A stretch of 64,000 bases of DNA from Oceanispirochaeta sp. (GCA_963663385.2 CAXXXD010000001.1:32001-96000), one strand, 5' to 3'. Counted from the first letter of the stretch, positions 43,094 to 54,372 are shown. Notes: generated from the letters alone by a model not told the origin. A program made the numbers and translations.

Positions 43094-43549
43094 TCAGATA
43101 GTCCCCTGCAGTGTCAGCAGGATCTGGGCTATAATAGCAGAACCAAAGAATGTACTGGTAAATACGATCAGGGAAACGAGCACCAGTTTCCAGGATATTT
43201 TCTTTAATATGCCAATTTTATTGCCCACAGAAATACCGGCAAAAGCCAGAATAGGTGTGGTTGTGGCAAGAAAACCGACTTTATTGGTGTACTCAAGCAG
43301 TACGGCAGATGTGGGAAGCATGGGCAATGTCAGGATAAACGCAATAAGAGTAGCCCAGGCAAAGGCAGGAAACTTCAAGGGAACCAGATCTTTCAGTACC
43401 AGAGCCGACATGGCTATCATAACAATAAGAACCATTCCCGGAAGGGCAGCTACAGTAGAAGCGCCGGAGCTTACAAACTGACCGATGAGAACCAGCATCC
43501 CTACAATCAACATCAGTTTTAATTGATCAAGTGTTTTAGCGAAATCCAT
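43094..43549 (-). CDS. Small membrane protein, partner of DUF3100 transporter
   Basis: 4-5 TM helices, FLATTTPILAFAGISVG motif. Confidence 0.75.
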   Translation of the reverse strand: MDFAKTLDQLKLMLIVGMLVLIGQFVSSGASTVAALPGMVLIVMIAMSALVLKDLVPLKFPAFAWATLIAFILTLPMLPTSAVLLEYTNKVGFLATTTPILAFAGISVGNKIGILKKISWKLVLVSLIVFTSTFFGSAIIAQILLTLQGTI

Positions 43550-43550
43550 A

Positions 43551-44420
43551 TCAGGCTCCCTCCCCTTCTTCTACCAGAACAGCTGTCTTCTTTTCAAATT
43601 TAGGTGCAAGTTTTTTGTAGTACCAGTTGGTAAAAGGCAATGCAATGAAAATAACCGAATAAATTCCGGTAATACCCGTAAGCATATTACTGGTCGCAGC
43701 ATAGGCGAGGACCGTGTCCTTCATACCAGCGGAAACGGTCTCCGCCAGCGCGGCAGAACCGGCAGCCATCATACTGCCGCTTCCTACACCGCAGGCCATA
43801 GCCAGAGCATAGGGATGCAGACCTGTATTAACAGCCAGAGACCCCAGAAATCCAAAGAAGATCGTACCAAACACAGTCCCGACCATATATGTTCCCAAAA
43901 CACCGTTACCTTCGGCAGAACTCATTCCGTAGCGCTCGCCGATAACTCCCAGGGTAGGTTCACGGCAGATACTGACCGTACCGCCGACAGCCTCTCTCCT
44001 CAGACCTAAAACGAGAGCCAGTGGGAGCGCAATAAGCGGAGTGAACAGATTCCCCAGCTCCTGGAGAATCAACGCAGGGCCGGCTTCCAGAACTTTTACT
44101 ATATTGGGGCCGACCAGGGTTCCGTATTTTACCCCTAATGGAAGCAGAGCAATCATTACTCCGACTCCCGCCAACTCAATGGTCTCATTGTTGACGACTT
44201 TCTTCAGAACTTTAATTCTCTTTCCCAGGATGTCCGGTGTTATAAGTATTCCCATGATAACAGCAAACAGCATGGGCAGGAGAACCACAGTTCCGGGGCC
44301 CAGAGGAATTTTGATAATACCAATCAGCTCAGCCAGTACTACCAGAACCAGAATAACCGGAAGAAGGGAAAGAAAGATTCCACTCCGACCGTTCCATGAC
44401 AAGAGATCTTTTTCTGTCAT
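43551..44420 (-). CDS. DUF3100 membrane protein (start moved to 44420)
   Basis: GPALILQELGNL, REAVG.TVSICREP, ALAMACGVGSGSMM; AAGGAG RBS. Confidence 0.85.
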   Translation of the reverse strand: MTEKDLLSWNGRSGIFLSLLPVILVLVVLAELIGIIKIPLGPGTVVLLPMLFAVIMGILITPDILGKRIKVLKKVVNNETIELAGVGVMIALLPLGVKYGTLVGPNIVKVLEAGPALILQELGNLFTPLIALPLALVLGLRREAVGGTVSICREPTLGVIGERYGMSSAEGNGVLGTYMVGTVFGTIFFGFLGSLAVNTGLHPYALAMACGVGSGSMMAAGSAALAETVSAGMKDTVLAYAATSNMLTGITGIYSVIFIALPFTNWYYKKLAPKFEKKTAVLVEEGEGA

Positions 44421-44508
44421 TCGACACTCCTTTATGGCCTTGTCATTAAATAGACCATTATTAGTTATCTCATAATACGCAGTATGCAATTGATCTGTAA
44501 AGGAATAT

Positions 44509-45825
44509 TTAAAATATTTTTAGACGGATCAGATTTTTTGGCCTTCCTCGACTGCTGCTGCTCTCTTTGGCCGTAACCTCGCCCAAACCGCTGTCAAGGG
44601 CTTTTTTCAGAACTCTCCTGGCTGTTCGCTCCCCTATATTCAGAGCATAAGACAGCTCGGTACTGTCAAAAGTATCCTTACCGGATTTATCCATATAAGC
44701 TTTTATCTTTGTCAGATAGGCCGCATTGATCCCGGATCTCTCCGACTGTTCGAGTATTACCGGATCATCCACACGGATTAGATATTCCAGTTCCCGGGAT
44801 TCAGCTATGGGTCCTTTTATCTGGTCATCATCAACAATATAGGCAGAACTGAACTCCAGCTCCTGAGCATTGGCAAGTGCCTTTCGGGCGGATTTTTCCG
44901 CTTCGTATGCGGTACTTCCAAATCCGATTCCCGAATAGAATTGAAGACGGGCTGAATCACTCCAGCGAATCAGTTCATGAAAAAGCCTGCGATTTTCCTC
45001 CCGCTCTATTTCTCCACGGGTGCTGTGTATGATCATCTCTTCCCTGCCATATGCGAAAAGAGACCCCTGAACACCTCTCACATAGGGCATCAATTCCAGA
45101 TAGAAACGCCCCCTCTTCTCCAGATCATCATATTTACACAGAGAGTTATGAGTCAGACCTCTTACTCTTATAATCTGAAGAGCGATTCCCGCAGAACGGA
45201 TACTCCTGGAACGAATCCTGTAAATCAGTTTATCCAGCTGCTGCCTGATCTGAATCAGACTGGGATAAAGCCGGAGGACAGGAAGGCCTTCCCCGGAAAG
45301 CTGTGTGTACACAGAACCGAAGCCTGTCAGGATAATATCTATTTTCCCATCATTAAAAAGACTGCGGTGTCTGTCAGTATAGGAAGATTCAGGATGCTCA
45401 AGGGAAAAAGGCATGGTAAAGATTTCATCAAATTCAATATTGAATTCTTCCATTACTTCCCTGATTACCTGATCGGGAACAACATCCACGCTGATCCGTC
45501 CGGAGGGAAGATTTTTCTGTGTCATCTCCCATATGGCACTCATCAGGCTGTATCCGCTCCTTGGAATAAACTCATAGGGTTTCGTCATGTTCCGGTTCTT
45601 GCGGATTTCTTCCATCACCCCTACTCCGGTAAAGAAAAAACCGTCATTTTCTGAATTGCAAAGATCAAAGATATCTACGGTTTCTACGACTTTTTCTCTT
45701 ATATACGGCGTAATTGTGACTTCGGGATACTGCTGCTCGGTTGCTTTCAATATCTTTTCAACGGAATCCCGAGGTCCGATGATCCCTATTCGTAATTTAG
45801 CGGTTGTGCTTCCATTGGATGTCAT
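44509..45825 (-). CDS. Transcriptional regulator with degenerate GGDEF-like domain and C-terminal HTH (start moved to 45825)
   Basis: IGIIGP.DSV, GIGFGSTAYEAE..A..AL, C-terminal ELSYALNIGERTARRVL...RGRP. Confidence 0.75.
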   Translation of the reverse strand: MTSNGSTTAKLRIGIIGPRDSVEKILKATEQQYPEVTITPYIREKVVETVDIFDLCNSENDGFFFTGVGVMEEIRKNRNMTKPYEFIPRSGYSLMSAIWEMTQKNLPSGRISVDVVPDQVIREVMEEFNIEFDEIFTMPFSLEHPESSYTDRHRSLFNDGKIDIILTGFGSVYTQLSGEGLPVLRLYPSLIQIRQQLDKLIYRIRSRSIRSAGIALQIIRVRGLTHNSLCKYDDLEKRGRFYLELMPYVRGVQGSLFAYGREEMIIHSTRGEIEREENRRLFHELIRWSDSARLQFYSGIGFGSTAYEAEKSARKALANAQELEFSSAYIVDDDQIKGPIAESRELEYLIRVDDPVILEQSERSGINAAYLTKIKAYMDKSGKDTFDSTELSYALNIGERTARRVLKKALDSGLGEVTAKESSSSRGRPKNLIRLKIF

Positions 45826-45864
45826 GTTTTTAAAGTATAAGAGTAAATGGAATTTTACAAGCGC

Positions 45865-45897
45865 AAAAAAGGGCTTCCCGAAAGAAGCCCTCAAAGG
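45865..45897 (-). terminator. Intrinsic terminator after sugar-binding protein (copy 2 of 33-bp direct repeat)
   Basis: AGGGCTTC-loop-GAAGCCCT plus T6 on minus strand. Confidence 0.75.
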
Positions 45898-45922
45898 TGT
45901 CACTAGATAAAAGTTTTATCGA

Positions 45923-47020
45923 TCAGTCGTAAAGAAGACCCTTGATATCGTCGTTATCCATATTGTCTTTATTGTAGAACTTGGCGCCTGTATCCACGTC
46001 GGATACGGATTTTCCTTCGTAAGCCTGGAAAGCCAGTTCAACAGCCTTGTAACCGATTGAATAGGGATCCTGGGTAATGGAACCGAGGAAGTATTCGCTT
46101 CTTACAGCATTTTTCTGTCCTTCACCGGCATCGAAACCAAGAACAACGAGTCCTTTGTATTTGGAAGCCAGGTCGGCACCGTCATTGGTTGCGGCAAGCA
46201 GTCCCTTGACAGTAGCTTCGTTGGAACAGAAGATACCGAGGATATTTACATCTTCAACCTTGTTCAGAACAGCTGCGGCAGAAGCCATGGCGTCCGTATT
46301 GGCGGCAGAAGCGGGAACAACCATTTCGATCATTACTTTGTCACCGCTTGTAGGATTCTTGGCATCAACGTATGCGGGGTTACCCATTACTTTGATGTCA
46401 GCTTCGCTGAGAGCAGTTTCTTTAACAATCAGGTCTACCATTGTGTCTCTGAAACCTTTACCACGGCTAAGCAGAGATTCACCGGAAGCATCCTGGTTCA
46501 TTACTACAATAGTTACGGGGTTAGCTGCTGTTGCAGCTTCGATGTCAGCTTTTATAACTTTGAACATCTCTTTGGCAGCCATACCGGCAGCGTTGAAATT
46601 GTCTGTAGAAGCGTTGGCATAGATAGATCCGGCAGGTGCGTTGGGAACACCGGAGTCAAAACCGATTACGGGGATTCCACCATCTTTACATTCCTGAAGC
46701 TGATCCATTACAGAGTTTGTATCCAGAGCGGCCAGTGCGATGGCAACAGGGTTTTTAGCCATAGCATTGTTCAGCATTTCTACCTGAATCTGAACATCAC
46801 TTTCTGAGGGCGGTCCCTCGAAGGTTACATCCAGGCCGTATTTCTCGGCGGCGTCCATGGAGCCGAGTTTAACCTGCTGCCAGAAGTCATGCTGTTCACC
46901 CTTAGATACAACTGCGATGTAAGGCTTCCCTCCATCATCACTCTGTCCATTGGCAAAGGCACTGAAACTCATGGCTAAAAGCACGATCAGTACGATTGCA
47001 ATTTTCTTAGATAATTTCAT
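45923..47020 (-). CDS. Sugar ABC transporter substrate-binding protein
   Basis: Signal ...FANGQ, VSKGEQHDFWQQV, GFDSG, TQDPYSIGYKAVE. Confidence 0.9.
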   Translation of the reverse strand: MKLSKKIAIVLIVLLAMSFSAFANGQSDDGGKPYIAVVSKGEQHDFWQQVKLGSMDAAEKYGLDVTFEGPPSESDVQIQVEMLNNAMAKNPVAIALAALDTNSVMDQLQECKDGGIPVIGFDSGVPNAPAGSIYANASTDNFNAAGMAAKEMFKVIKADIEAATAANPVTIVVMNQDASGESLLSRGKGFRDTMVDLIVKETALSEADIKVMGNPAYVDAKNPTSGDKVMIEMVVPASAANTDAMASAAAVLNKVEDVNILGIFCSNEATVKGLLAATNDGADLASKYKGLVVLGFDAGEGQKNAVRSEYFLGSITQDPYSIGYKAVELAFQAYEGKSVSDVDTGAKFYNKDNMDNDDIKGLLYD

Positions 47021-47107
47021 AAAATCCTCCTGTATTTTAACCCGGCTTACCCTTGGGGATCCGGGGTCATACCATTGTTATTTCCGGAATCGGACTCTGC
47101 CGGGGAT

Positions 47108-48331
47108 CTAGTCCTGCTGAGCCTTCATTTCCAGCTCGAACTGTTTTTCCGCTTCCCTCTCTTCTGCCAGCAGACGGGCTTTTTCCGCTTTTTCTTCAGC
47201 TTTCATTTTGACAAAAGTGGCTTTCATTTCCTGTTTCAGTCTGGAAGCTTCTTCGGTCTTTCCCTCTTTCTTCAGGGCATTGATATTTCGTACCGTATTC
47301 TCTTTGTAGAGATCCGAAGGTGAAAGGATTCGTACTTCCGAAGCCTTCTTGTTCCGGTAGATATCCAGCAGTACCGCACCGATTACAACAATCCCCGTAA
47401 AGAAAGTCTGGTAGTGGGCCTGAAGGTCCATGGAAGGCAGACCGGTTCTCAGCACACTCATGATATAGACACCGATCATGGTTCCGAAAATGGTTCCGAT
47501 ACCGCCTGACAGGGATGTTCCCCCGATTACGGCACCCGCGATGGCATACAACTCAAATCCCTGTCCGCGGGCGGGCATAACCGTTGTATATACGGCAGCA
47601 AAGGCGATTCCACCGAAACCGGACATCACACCACTCACCACATAGGCCATCATTTCCCATTTCTTGACGTTTACACCGGACAGCCTGGCGGCTTCCTTGT
47701 TGGAGCCTACTGCAAAGATATATCGTCCCATCTTTGTTTTGGTCAGAATAATAAAGCAGATAAAAGCCGTGCCGAACAGAACAATGGCACCCGTAGGAAT
47801 GGATTGTTTCCCCTCTGTTATGTATTTGAAAATATCCTTGAACCAACCGTCGGGATTGGATCTGGTAGGGAATGTGGCACTCCTTACATTGGATACGATT
47901 GAACCGACTCCCATGGAAATCATCATGGTTCCCAGAGTGGCGATAAAGGGGGGCAGTTCCAGACGGGAAACCATAATCCCGTTAAAAAACCCGAAGGCAA
48001 TGGCTACGGCCATAATAAGGACCAGAGAGAGCCACATCGGCCATTCCCAGCTCTTGTAGGCTGTACCGCCGATAATGGCTGCACACATCATAACCGTACC
48101 GCAGGAGAGGTCTATCCCCCCTGTGATAATAACAAAGGTAACACCGATAGCAATGAATCCGATGTAGTAGGATGAATCCAGGATATTTACCAGAGTGGTA
48201 TAGGAAAAAAAGTTTCTTCCGAATATCCCGAAAAAAATGTAGAGGATGACCAGTGCGGCCGGCGCCAGAAACTTCTGAAGCCCGACTTCCCGGATCTTCT
48301 CTCCCAAGCTTTTTTGATTAATGTTTTCCAT
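47108..48331 (-). CDS. Sugar ABC transporter permease
   Basis: [36 protein letters not shown]. Confidence 0.9.
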   Translation of the reverse strand: MENINQKSLGEKIREVGLQKFLAPAALVILYIFFGIFGRNFFSYTTLVNILDSSYYIGFIAIGVTFVIITGGIDLSCGTVMMCAAIIGGTAYKSWEWPMWLSLVLIMAVAIAFGFFNGIMVSRLELPPFIATLGTMMISMGVGSIVSNVRSATFPTRSNPDGWFKDIFKYITEGKQSIPTGAIVLFGTAFICFIILTKTKMGRYIFAVGSNKEAARLSGVNVKKWEMMAYVVSGVMSGFGGIAFAAVYTTVMPARGQGFELYAIAGAVIGGTSLSGGIGTIFGTMIGVYIMSVLRTGLPSMDLQAHYQTFFTGIVVIGAVLLDIYRNKKASEVRILSPSDLYKENTVRNINALKKEGKTEEASRLKQEMKATFVKMKAEEKAEKARLLAEEREAEKQFELEMKAQQD

Positions 48332-48337
48332 ATCTTC

Positions 48338-49837
48338 CTAATCCCTCTTTGTCGCGTATTTCATGATCTCTTCCTGATTGGCATCCTTGATGTCCAGCTC
48401 ACCGGTAATACGGCCTTCACACATAACCATAACCCTGTCGCTCATACGAAGAACTTCCGTCAGTTCCGAAGAGATCATAATGATGGATTTTCCTTCTTTA
48501 ACCAGTTCGTTCATAAGAGTGTAGATTTCACTCTTTGCTCCAACGTCGATTCCCCTTGTAGGCTCGTCAAAAATCAGGATTTCGCTGTTTTTGATCAGCC
48601 ATTTGGCAATAACGACTTTCTGCTGATTTCCTCCTGAAAGGTTTTTCAGCAGCTGATGAACAGTCGGCGTTTTAATTTTAAGAGTATCCACATACTCTTT
48701 GGTAATGTCATCGATCTTCTTCCTATGGATAAACAGTCCTTTTTCAAAATCGTCATATGACGCCAGAATGGAGTTTTCCGTTACACTTAATCCGGTAGCC
48801 AGTCCGAAACGCTTCCGGTCTTCCGACAGATACCCGATTCCGTAATGAACAGCATCCATGGGAGAAGAGATACGAACCGGTTTACCGTGAATCTCCACAG
48901 TTCCCGTTTCAACTTTATCAGCACCGAACAGGGCACGGGCCGTTTCAGTCCGTCCCGCTCCCATCAGACCGGCAAATCCCAGGATTTCTCCTCTGCGCAG
49001 CTCAAAGGAAACATCCTTAACCATACGGCCGGCATTGAGATTTTTTACCCTGAGTACAACTTCGGCATCTTCTGGAACATTGCTCTTCTGTTTGGGATCT
49101 TCGTAAATAACCCGGCCAACCATCATATTGATGATATCATCCTTGGTCAGGTCTTTGGTGTCGCCCATACCGGCATTCTCACCATCCCGCATAACCGTAA
49201 CCCTGTCGGTGATCATTCCTATCTCATCCATACGGTGGGAAATGTAGATCATTCCCACTCCCTTGGCAGCCAGGTCACGCATAATGGTAAAAAGTTCATT
49301 GATCTCGGTTTCGGTTAACGCTGCAGTCGGCTCGTCCAGAATCAGTATCTTCAGATTGTGGGAGACCGCCTTGGCAATTTCCACCATCTGCTGCTTTCCG
49401 ACTGTCAGATTCCCCAGAGTTTCCCTGGGATCAATATTCATGTTCAGGCGTTTAAAAAGCTCTTCCGCTCTCTTATTCTGAAGTTTCTTATCCAGAAAGA
49501 GGCCTTTTGCTTTGGTAGATTCTCTACCGATGAAGATATTTTCTGCTACGGTAAGATGGTCCATCATATTCAGTTCCTGATGGATGATTCCGATTCCCCG
49601 TCTTAGAGCCTCCTTGGGGCCGCGGGGATTGTACAGTTTACCAAGATAGTGGATCTCTCCTGTGTCCTTGGGGAATATACCGGTGAGAGCTTTCATCAGG
49701 GTCGATTTTCCGGCTCCGTTTTCACCGACTAGCGCGTGAATCTCTCCTGCGCGTAATTCGAAGTCAACCCCTTTCAGGGCATGTACTCCGGTAAAACGTT
49801 TATCGATTTTTTGCATCGAGAGTATTGTTTCTCTCAA
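48338..49837 (-). CDS. Sugar ABC transporter ATP-binding protein (RbsA/MglA type)
   Basis: GENGAGKST, LDEPT, LSGGNQQK, DEPTRGIDVGAK. Confidence 0.93.
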   Translation of the reverse strand: MRETILSMQKIDKRFTGVHALKGVDFELRAGEIHALVGENGAGKSTLMKALTGIFPKDTGEIHYLGKLYNPRGPKEALRRGIGIIHQELNMMDHLTVAENIFIGRESTKAKGLFLDKKLQNKRAEELFKRLNMNIDPRETLGNLTVGKQQMVEIAKAVSHNLKILILDEPTAALTETEINELFTIMRDLAAKGVGMIYISHRMDEIGMITDRVTVMRDGENAGMGDTKDLTKDDIINMMVGRVIYEDPKQKSNVPEDAEVVLRVKNLNAGRMVKDVSFELRRGEILGFAGLMGAGRTETARALFGADKVETGTVEIHGKPVRISSPMDAVHYGIGYLSEDRKRFGLATGLSVTENSILASYDDFEKGLFIHRKKIDDITKEYVDTLKIKTPTVHQLLKNLSGGNQQKVVIAKWLIKNSEILIFDEPTRGIDVGAKSEIYTLMNELVKEGKSIIMISSELTEVLRMSDRVMVMCEGRITGELDIKDANQEEIMKYATKRD

Positions 49838-50039
49838 AATCTCACACTCCTTAAAAGGATTTTCCTTTGGGGGATGAAAAAATTATCCCCCCGAATTCGG
49901 AATCGCGAAATTGAGGATTTTACGGAGAATGTTTAAAAATATCCTATTCCCGGTTTATCTTCGAATATTTGAATAAATTCAAGAGATCTGTAAAAGAATA
50001 TGAGAGAGGGTTCCACCGTTACACCTCCCTCTGCAGACA

Positions 50040-51029
50040 TCATCTCTCTTCGGAAAAAGGAAAGAGCAGTTCCTGGTACTCCCGTTCAAACATATTTTCT
50101 TTTGTAATCAGAACAGAACCGGTATCCTGAAAAGAGAGAAGGGTCTTGCCATTCAGGTATTCAGAAGCGGCCTTTACCGAAAGGTAGCCCATATTATAAG
50201 GTCTTTGTACAACCGTTGCCTTGATCACCCCGGCTTCCAGATAACTGAGTTCCTCTATGGCGTTATCAAAACCGACAAGGGCGACACGGTCTTTGGCTCC
50301 GGCGTCTTCAATAGCCGAGGCGACTCCCAGAGTGGCCACCTCGTTCAGGGCGACAATTCCGCCCAGCTCATCATTCTTTAAAAGTTTTTTTGTGATCTCA
50401 TAAGCCTTATTCCTGTCGACTTCGCAGGACCAGGATCCCAGAACAGCTTCACCTTCCAGAGCGCTTCGCACACCCAGTTCCCGGTCAATAGCTGTAGCCG
50501 TTTCCTTTATATGGGTAACAATAGCTATCTCCTTTCCCTCTGAAAACTGAATAAGCCGCTTCATTTCCCGTCCGGCCTTATGGCCGGCTATAACATTGTC
50601 TGTCGCTATGAAAGAAACGGGCAGATCCGAATCCACACCGGAATCAATTGTGATAATCGGTATGCCCGCAGCAGCAGCTTTCTCAACGGATTCAACCAGC
50701 TGGGAGTAGTCTGTGGCAGCCAGAATGATCAGAGGCGGATTTTTTGCAATAATGCTGTCCAGAATATGGACCTGCCGCATAATCTCTCTTTCATAGCGGG
50801 GTCCTGAGATCTCCACCTCCAGTCCAAACTCCTTGGCCGCTTCCTGAATTCCCTGATCCACAACAGTCCAGAAATCCATAGTAGGACCGATAGTCGATTT
50901 CAGAACGATTTCAATCGGAGCGTCCGGAGCAATTGGATCTGTTCCGGAAGAGTTGTACAGAAAGGAGAGAGCCATAAAAAGGATCAGCGCCGCCATTAAA
51001 CTGAGCAGCAGCAGGTACCAGTTCTTCAT
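50040..51029 (-). CDS. Periplasmic sugar-binding sensor protein associated with two-component system
   Basis: FWTVV..G...AA, TIDSG, ATDN, GFD, QRPYNMGY; co-transcribed with kinase. Confidence 0.82.
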   Translation of the reverse strand: MKNWYLLLLSLMAALILFMALSFLYNSSGTDPIAPDAPIEIVLKSTIGPTMDFWTVVDQGIQEAAKEFGLEVEISGPRYEREIMRQVHILDSIIAKNPPLIILAATDYSQLVESVEKAAAAGIPIITIDSGVDSDLPVSFIATDNVIAGHKAGREMKRLIQFSEGKEIAIVTHIKETATAIDRELGVRSALEGEAVLGSWSCEVDRNKAYEITKKLLKNDELGGIVALNEVATLGVASAIEDAGAKDRVALVGFDNAIEELSYLEAGVIKATVVQRPYNMGYLSVKAASEYLNGKTLLSFQDTGSVLITKENMFEREYQELLFPFSEER

Positions 51030-52813
51030 ATCAGAGCCTCCTGGGAAGAAACAGGCATCCGTACCTGAATAGTCGTACCCTCTCCGGGGATACTGGAACA
51101 GACAAGGCCGTATTCCGGCCCGAAATAGAGTTTAATCCTTTCGTGAACATTCCGGACTCCCATACCCTGCCGGGACAGTCGCGGGCGTTTCTCAAGCGGG
51201 GTTTCCAGGCCCTGAATCATCTCCTCCAACTGTTCCTTGTTCATACCGGACCCGTTATCTGTCACTTCAAGGATAACCAGATCATCCTCCAGGTAGCCGG
51301 AGATGGTAATTTTACCCTCGTAATCCACCTCTTTAATCCCGTGATAGATGGCATTTTCCACAAGAGGCTGAAGGGTAATCTTCAATGTAATCATATCGTA
51401 CAGATCGGGGTCGATCTTCATTTCGTAGGTGAATTTATCCTTATACCGCATTTCCTGGATGGTCAGATAGGAACGCACATGTTCCATCTCGTCCCGGATA
51501 GGAATCAGCTCCCGTCCCTTGCTGATACTGATCCGAAAGAGTTTGGACAGGGCCGATGTCATCTGCACGACCTTTTCGCTCTGGCCCATCTCGCCCATCC
51601 AGATAATGGAATCCAGGGTATTATAGAGAAAGTGCGGATTAATTTGTGCCTGCAGGGCTTTCAAATCACTCTTCCGTTTTAATTCCTGCTCCTGCATATT
51701 GGCTTCCATCAGCTCCCTGATACGGGTAACCATTATGTCATATTCACGGGCCAGCTCCCGGATTTCATCGGTAGCCTTGATCGATCCGACAAGGCGGAAC
51801 TCCCCCGTATCGACACTCTGCATTATTTCCTGCAGCCTGCGGACCGGTTTTGTGATACCAGAGGAGATCCTGTTTGTGGCTAACCCGACAATAAGGAATA
51901 GAATCAGACCTATTAAGGCATAGATAATCTGCATATATTTCCAGTCAGTCACTATATCGCTGTCATGGGTAACACTGACGACATGCCAACCCGTGAGATC
52001 CGATGTTTCCACCATATAGTAGCGGTCTCCGTTTTGATAGAAGGTTACTTCCGGATCATCAATCATGTTCAGGATCCCCGCGATAGGTTCTTCTTTAATG
52101 TTGCTGTAAACCAGCTGCTGGGTGGGATGAAAAACATAATTGCCCTGATCATCAAGGATAAAGTTATACCCCTTCCTTCCAATAACCAGAGACTGGCAGA
52201 GTTCCTTTATCCGGTTGAATTTAAGGTCAACGAGAAGGATTCCCATTATTTTACGGTCTACGGAGGAAAGGATGGCCCGGCTGAGAGACACAACCCAGGA
52301 ATAGCGGTCCTGAATCAGATTCTGGACATAGGAAGAGGAGACTACAGTCGAATCAAACGCCTCCTCTGCCCCCAAGTACCAGTCCTTTTCCATAACAGAG
52401 GTCCAGGGGTTTATTCTGGCTTCGGGATCACTGGGGATAATGACACCGTTATAACCGATGACCAGGATATCCGAAATATCCTCTCTGGCCCTTATATAAT
52501 TGGAGAGGCGGGCCTGTATCAGAGAGACATAAGGGCCGGCATCAGAGGGGGGGACATCTGCCAGAACCGCCTGAATATCCGAATCTTCCGCTACGGCAAG
52601 GGAGATCTGCTCCATTCCCTCTATATAGGAATTCATCTGAAATACCAACTGCTCCAGCATGGACCGGTTACTGTCCAGAGTCGAACTGCGCACTGTATTT
52701 ATGGTGAAATGGAATGAGACAAGCTGCATAATGAAAATAGCCGCAAAGATCATCAGCGTAAAGATGGTGTAAATACGGGAGTCCAGGGTACCAAAACGGA
52801 GGGATTTTTTCAT
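51026..52813 (-). CDS. YesM-type sensor histidine kinase (dCache-HAMP)
   Basis: LQAQINPHFLYNTL, LQPLVENAIYHG, DNGSG. Confidence 0.92.
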   Translation of the reverse strand: MKKSLRFGTLDSRIYTIFTLMIFAAIFIMQLVSFHFTINTVRSSTLDSNRSMLEQLVFQMNSYIEGMEQISLAVAEDSDIQAVLADVPPSDAGPYVSLIQARLSNYIRAREDISDILVIGYNGVIIPSDPEARINPWTSVMEKDWYLGAEEAFDSTVVSSSYVQNLIQDRYSWVVSLSRAILSSVDRKIMGILLVDLKFNRIKELCQSLVIGRKGYNFILDDQGNYVFHPTQQLVYSNIKEEPIAGILNMIDDPEVTFYQNGDRYYMVETSDLTGWHVVSVTHDSDIVTDWKYMQIIYALIGLILFLIVGLATNRISSGITKPVRRLQEIMQSVDTGEFRLVGSIKATDEIRELAREYDIMVTRIRELMEANMQEQELKRKSDLKALQAQINPHFLYNTLDSIIWMGEMGQSEKVVQMTSALSKLFRISISKGRELIPIRDEMEHVRSYLTIQEMRYKDKFTYEMKIDPDLYDMITLKITLQPLVENAIYHGIKEVDYEGKITISGYLEDDLVILEVTDNGSGMNKEQLEEMIQGLETPLEKRPRLSRQGMGVRNVHERIKLYFGPEYGLVCSSIPGEGTTIQVRMPVSSQEALI

Positions 52814-54372
52814 TCTTTCCGGCTCCTCCGGTACTCCATGGCGGTCATTCCCGTCTGTTTTTTGAAAATAATGGTAAAATACCTTGGATCCGCATAACCC
52901 ACCTGCTCCGCCACTTCGTACCCTTTAAGATCCGTACTGAGGAGAAGTTTTTTTGCTTCGTCCACACGGCAGGCTGTCAGATACTCCACAAAAGTCTGCC
53001 CCGTTCCCTCCTTAAAGAGCAGACTGAACTGACTGGTTGAGAGGTAGAGCTCGTCACAGATGTCCTGCAGGGAGAACCGGTTTTCGCGGAACCTTTTATT
53101 AATAATGGCTTTGGCCCGGTCAATACGGGAAAGGAGCATATCGTTTCGCCGCTTGTGAATCTGAGTGTCGATTTTCTCAATAAACTCCCGAAAAAATTCC
53201 TCGGCTTTATCCAGGGATGAAAAGGATTCAGGTGAGACCGGAACCGGATCCTGATCATCCCGGAACAGTTCCATTTCGTGGGCAAATCCGCTCAGCATAT
53301 AGTAGAATTTCATAAATCCGACATTCAGCTGATCTTCTGTCAGATAGTGGGAGGTCAGGTACTCCCGGAGTTCCTTCAAGGCATTCTGCCCTGCTGTTAT
53401 CCCCCCCTCTTTCAGAAGATCAATCACATTATTGCATTGAGAAGTGAACTCTGCCGTGGACAGATTCTCCCGGCTGGTTATGTCTTTCAGGGAGAGAATG
53501 TGATCCAGTCCCAGGATACGGGAGTACTCCCCCGCCTTGGACGCGCTGTCATAGGAAAGGGATATTTTTTCCTTTCCGTCCACAATATCTCCGCAGCCCA
53601 CTGAAACATGACTTTTTCCCAAACCGGAAATAAAGCGGAAAGCAGCTTCGGCAAGAGCCAGGGACCTTCTGTCAAGCTCGTCCTCGTCTGTATCCTGCAG
53701 CAGCAGGACCAGATCTTCATTCCTGTCAAAAAATATTTCATCCCCCGGCCTGACCTTTTCCTGAAGGGCTTCGGAGAGGGAAAACTGATCCAGATCGTTC
53801 CAGTCCGCAGGGAAACTGATCAGTACGACCCTGTAATAGGCGGAAAGATCTATCAGCCCGAAATAGTCCTTGCGGGTATCCAGAGACTCGACGTTACTCC
53901 CCGATACAAGCCGGCATAAAAACCGTTCCTTTAATAGGGGAAAACTCTGTTCGAGTTTTGCCAATAGGATTTCATGAGCCTTCCTGTCCGCACGCCTGAC
54001 ATCCAGCTCCTCTTTTATGGTGCTGATCACCCTGGAGAGTTCAATCTGTGTAATCGGTTTAAGAAGGAATTCCCTGACCTGGTTCCGGACGGCCTCCTGG
54101 GCGTATTCAAAATCGTCATAGCCTGTAAGGAGTATTACCGTAATATCCGGAAAACGCTCCCCCAGTATACGGCTCAGTTCCAGGCCGTCCATCCGGGGCA
54201 TATTGATATCCGAAAGGACCACATCTACCGGGTTATGTTCAATATACTCCAGAGCCTGCTGCCCGTGTTCAAATACACCGGCCAGAAAAAAACCGTTCTC
54301 CTCCCAGGGAACGCAGCTGGAAATACCCTCCCGGATGATCGCTTCGTCATCCACCAGTATCATTCTATACAT
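52810..54372 (-). CDS. YesN-type response regulator with AraC HTH
   Basis: LVDDE, SDINMPRMDG, LLKP; C-terminal VAEQVGYADPRYF..FKK.TG. Confidence 0.92.
   Translation of the reverse strand: MYRMILVDDEAIIREGISSCVPWEENGFFLAGVFEHGQQALEYIEHNPVDVVLSDINMPRMDGLELSRILGERFPDITVILLTGYDDFEYAQEAVRNQVREFLLKPITQIELSRVISTIKEELDVRRADRKAHEILLAKLEQSFPLLKERFLCRLVSGSNVESLDTRKDYFGLIDLSAYYRVVLISFPADWNDLDQFSLSEALQEKVRPGDEIFFDRNEDLVLLLQDTDEDELDRRSLALAEAAFRFISGLGKSHVSVGCGDIVDGKEKISLSYDSASKAGEYSRILGLDHILSLKDITSRENLSTAEFTSQCNNVIDLLKEGGITAGQNALKELREYLTSHYLTEDQLNVGFMKFYYMLSGFAHEMELFRDDQDPVPVSPESFSSLDKAEEFFREFIEKIDTQIHKRRNDMLLSRIDRAKAIINKRFRENRFSLQDICDELYLSTSQFSLLFKEGTGQTFVEYLTACRVDEAKKLLLSTDLKGYEVAEQVGYADPRYFTIIFKKQTGMTAMEYRRSRKE

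Noticed and set aside
49868..49892. GGGGGAT...ATCCCCC hairpin upstream of sugar ABC ATPase
   Set aside because: Short stem with no U-tail or known motif; function cannot be supported
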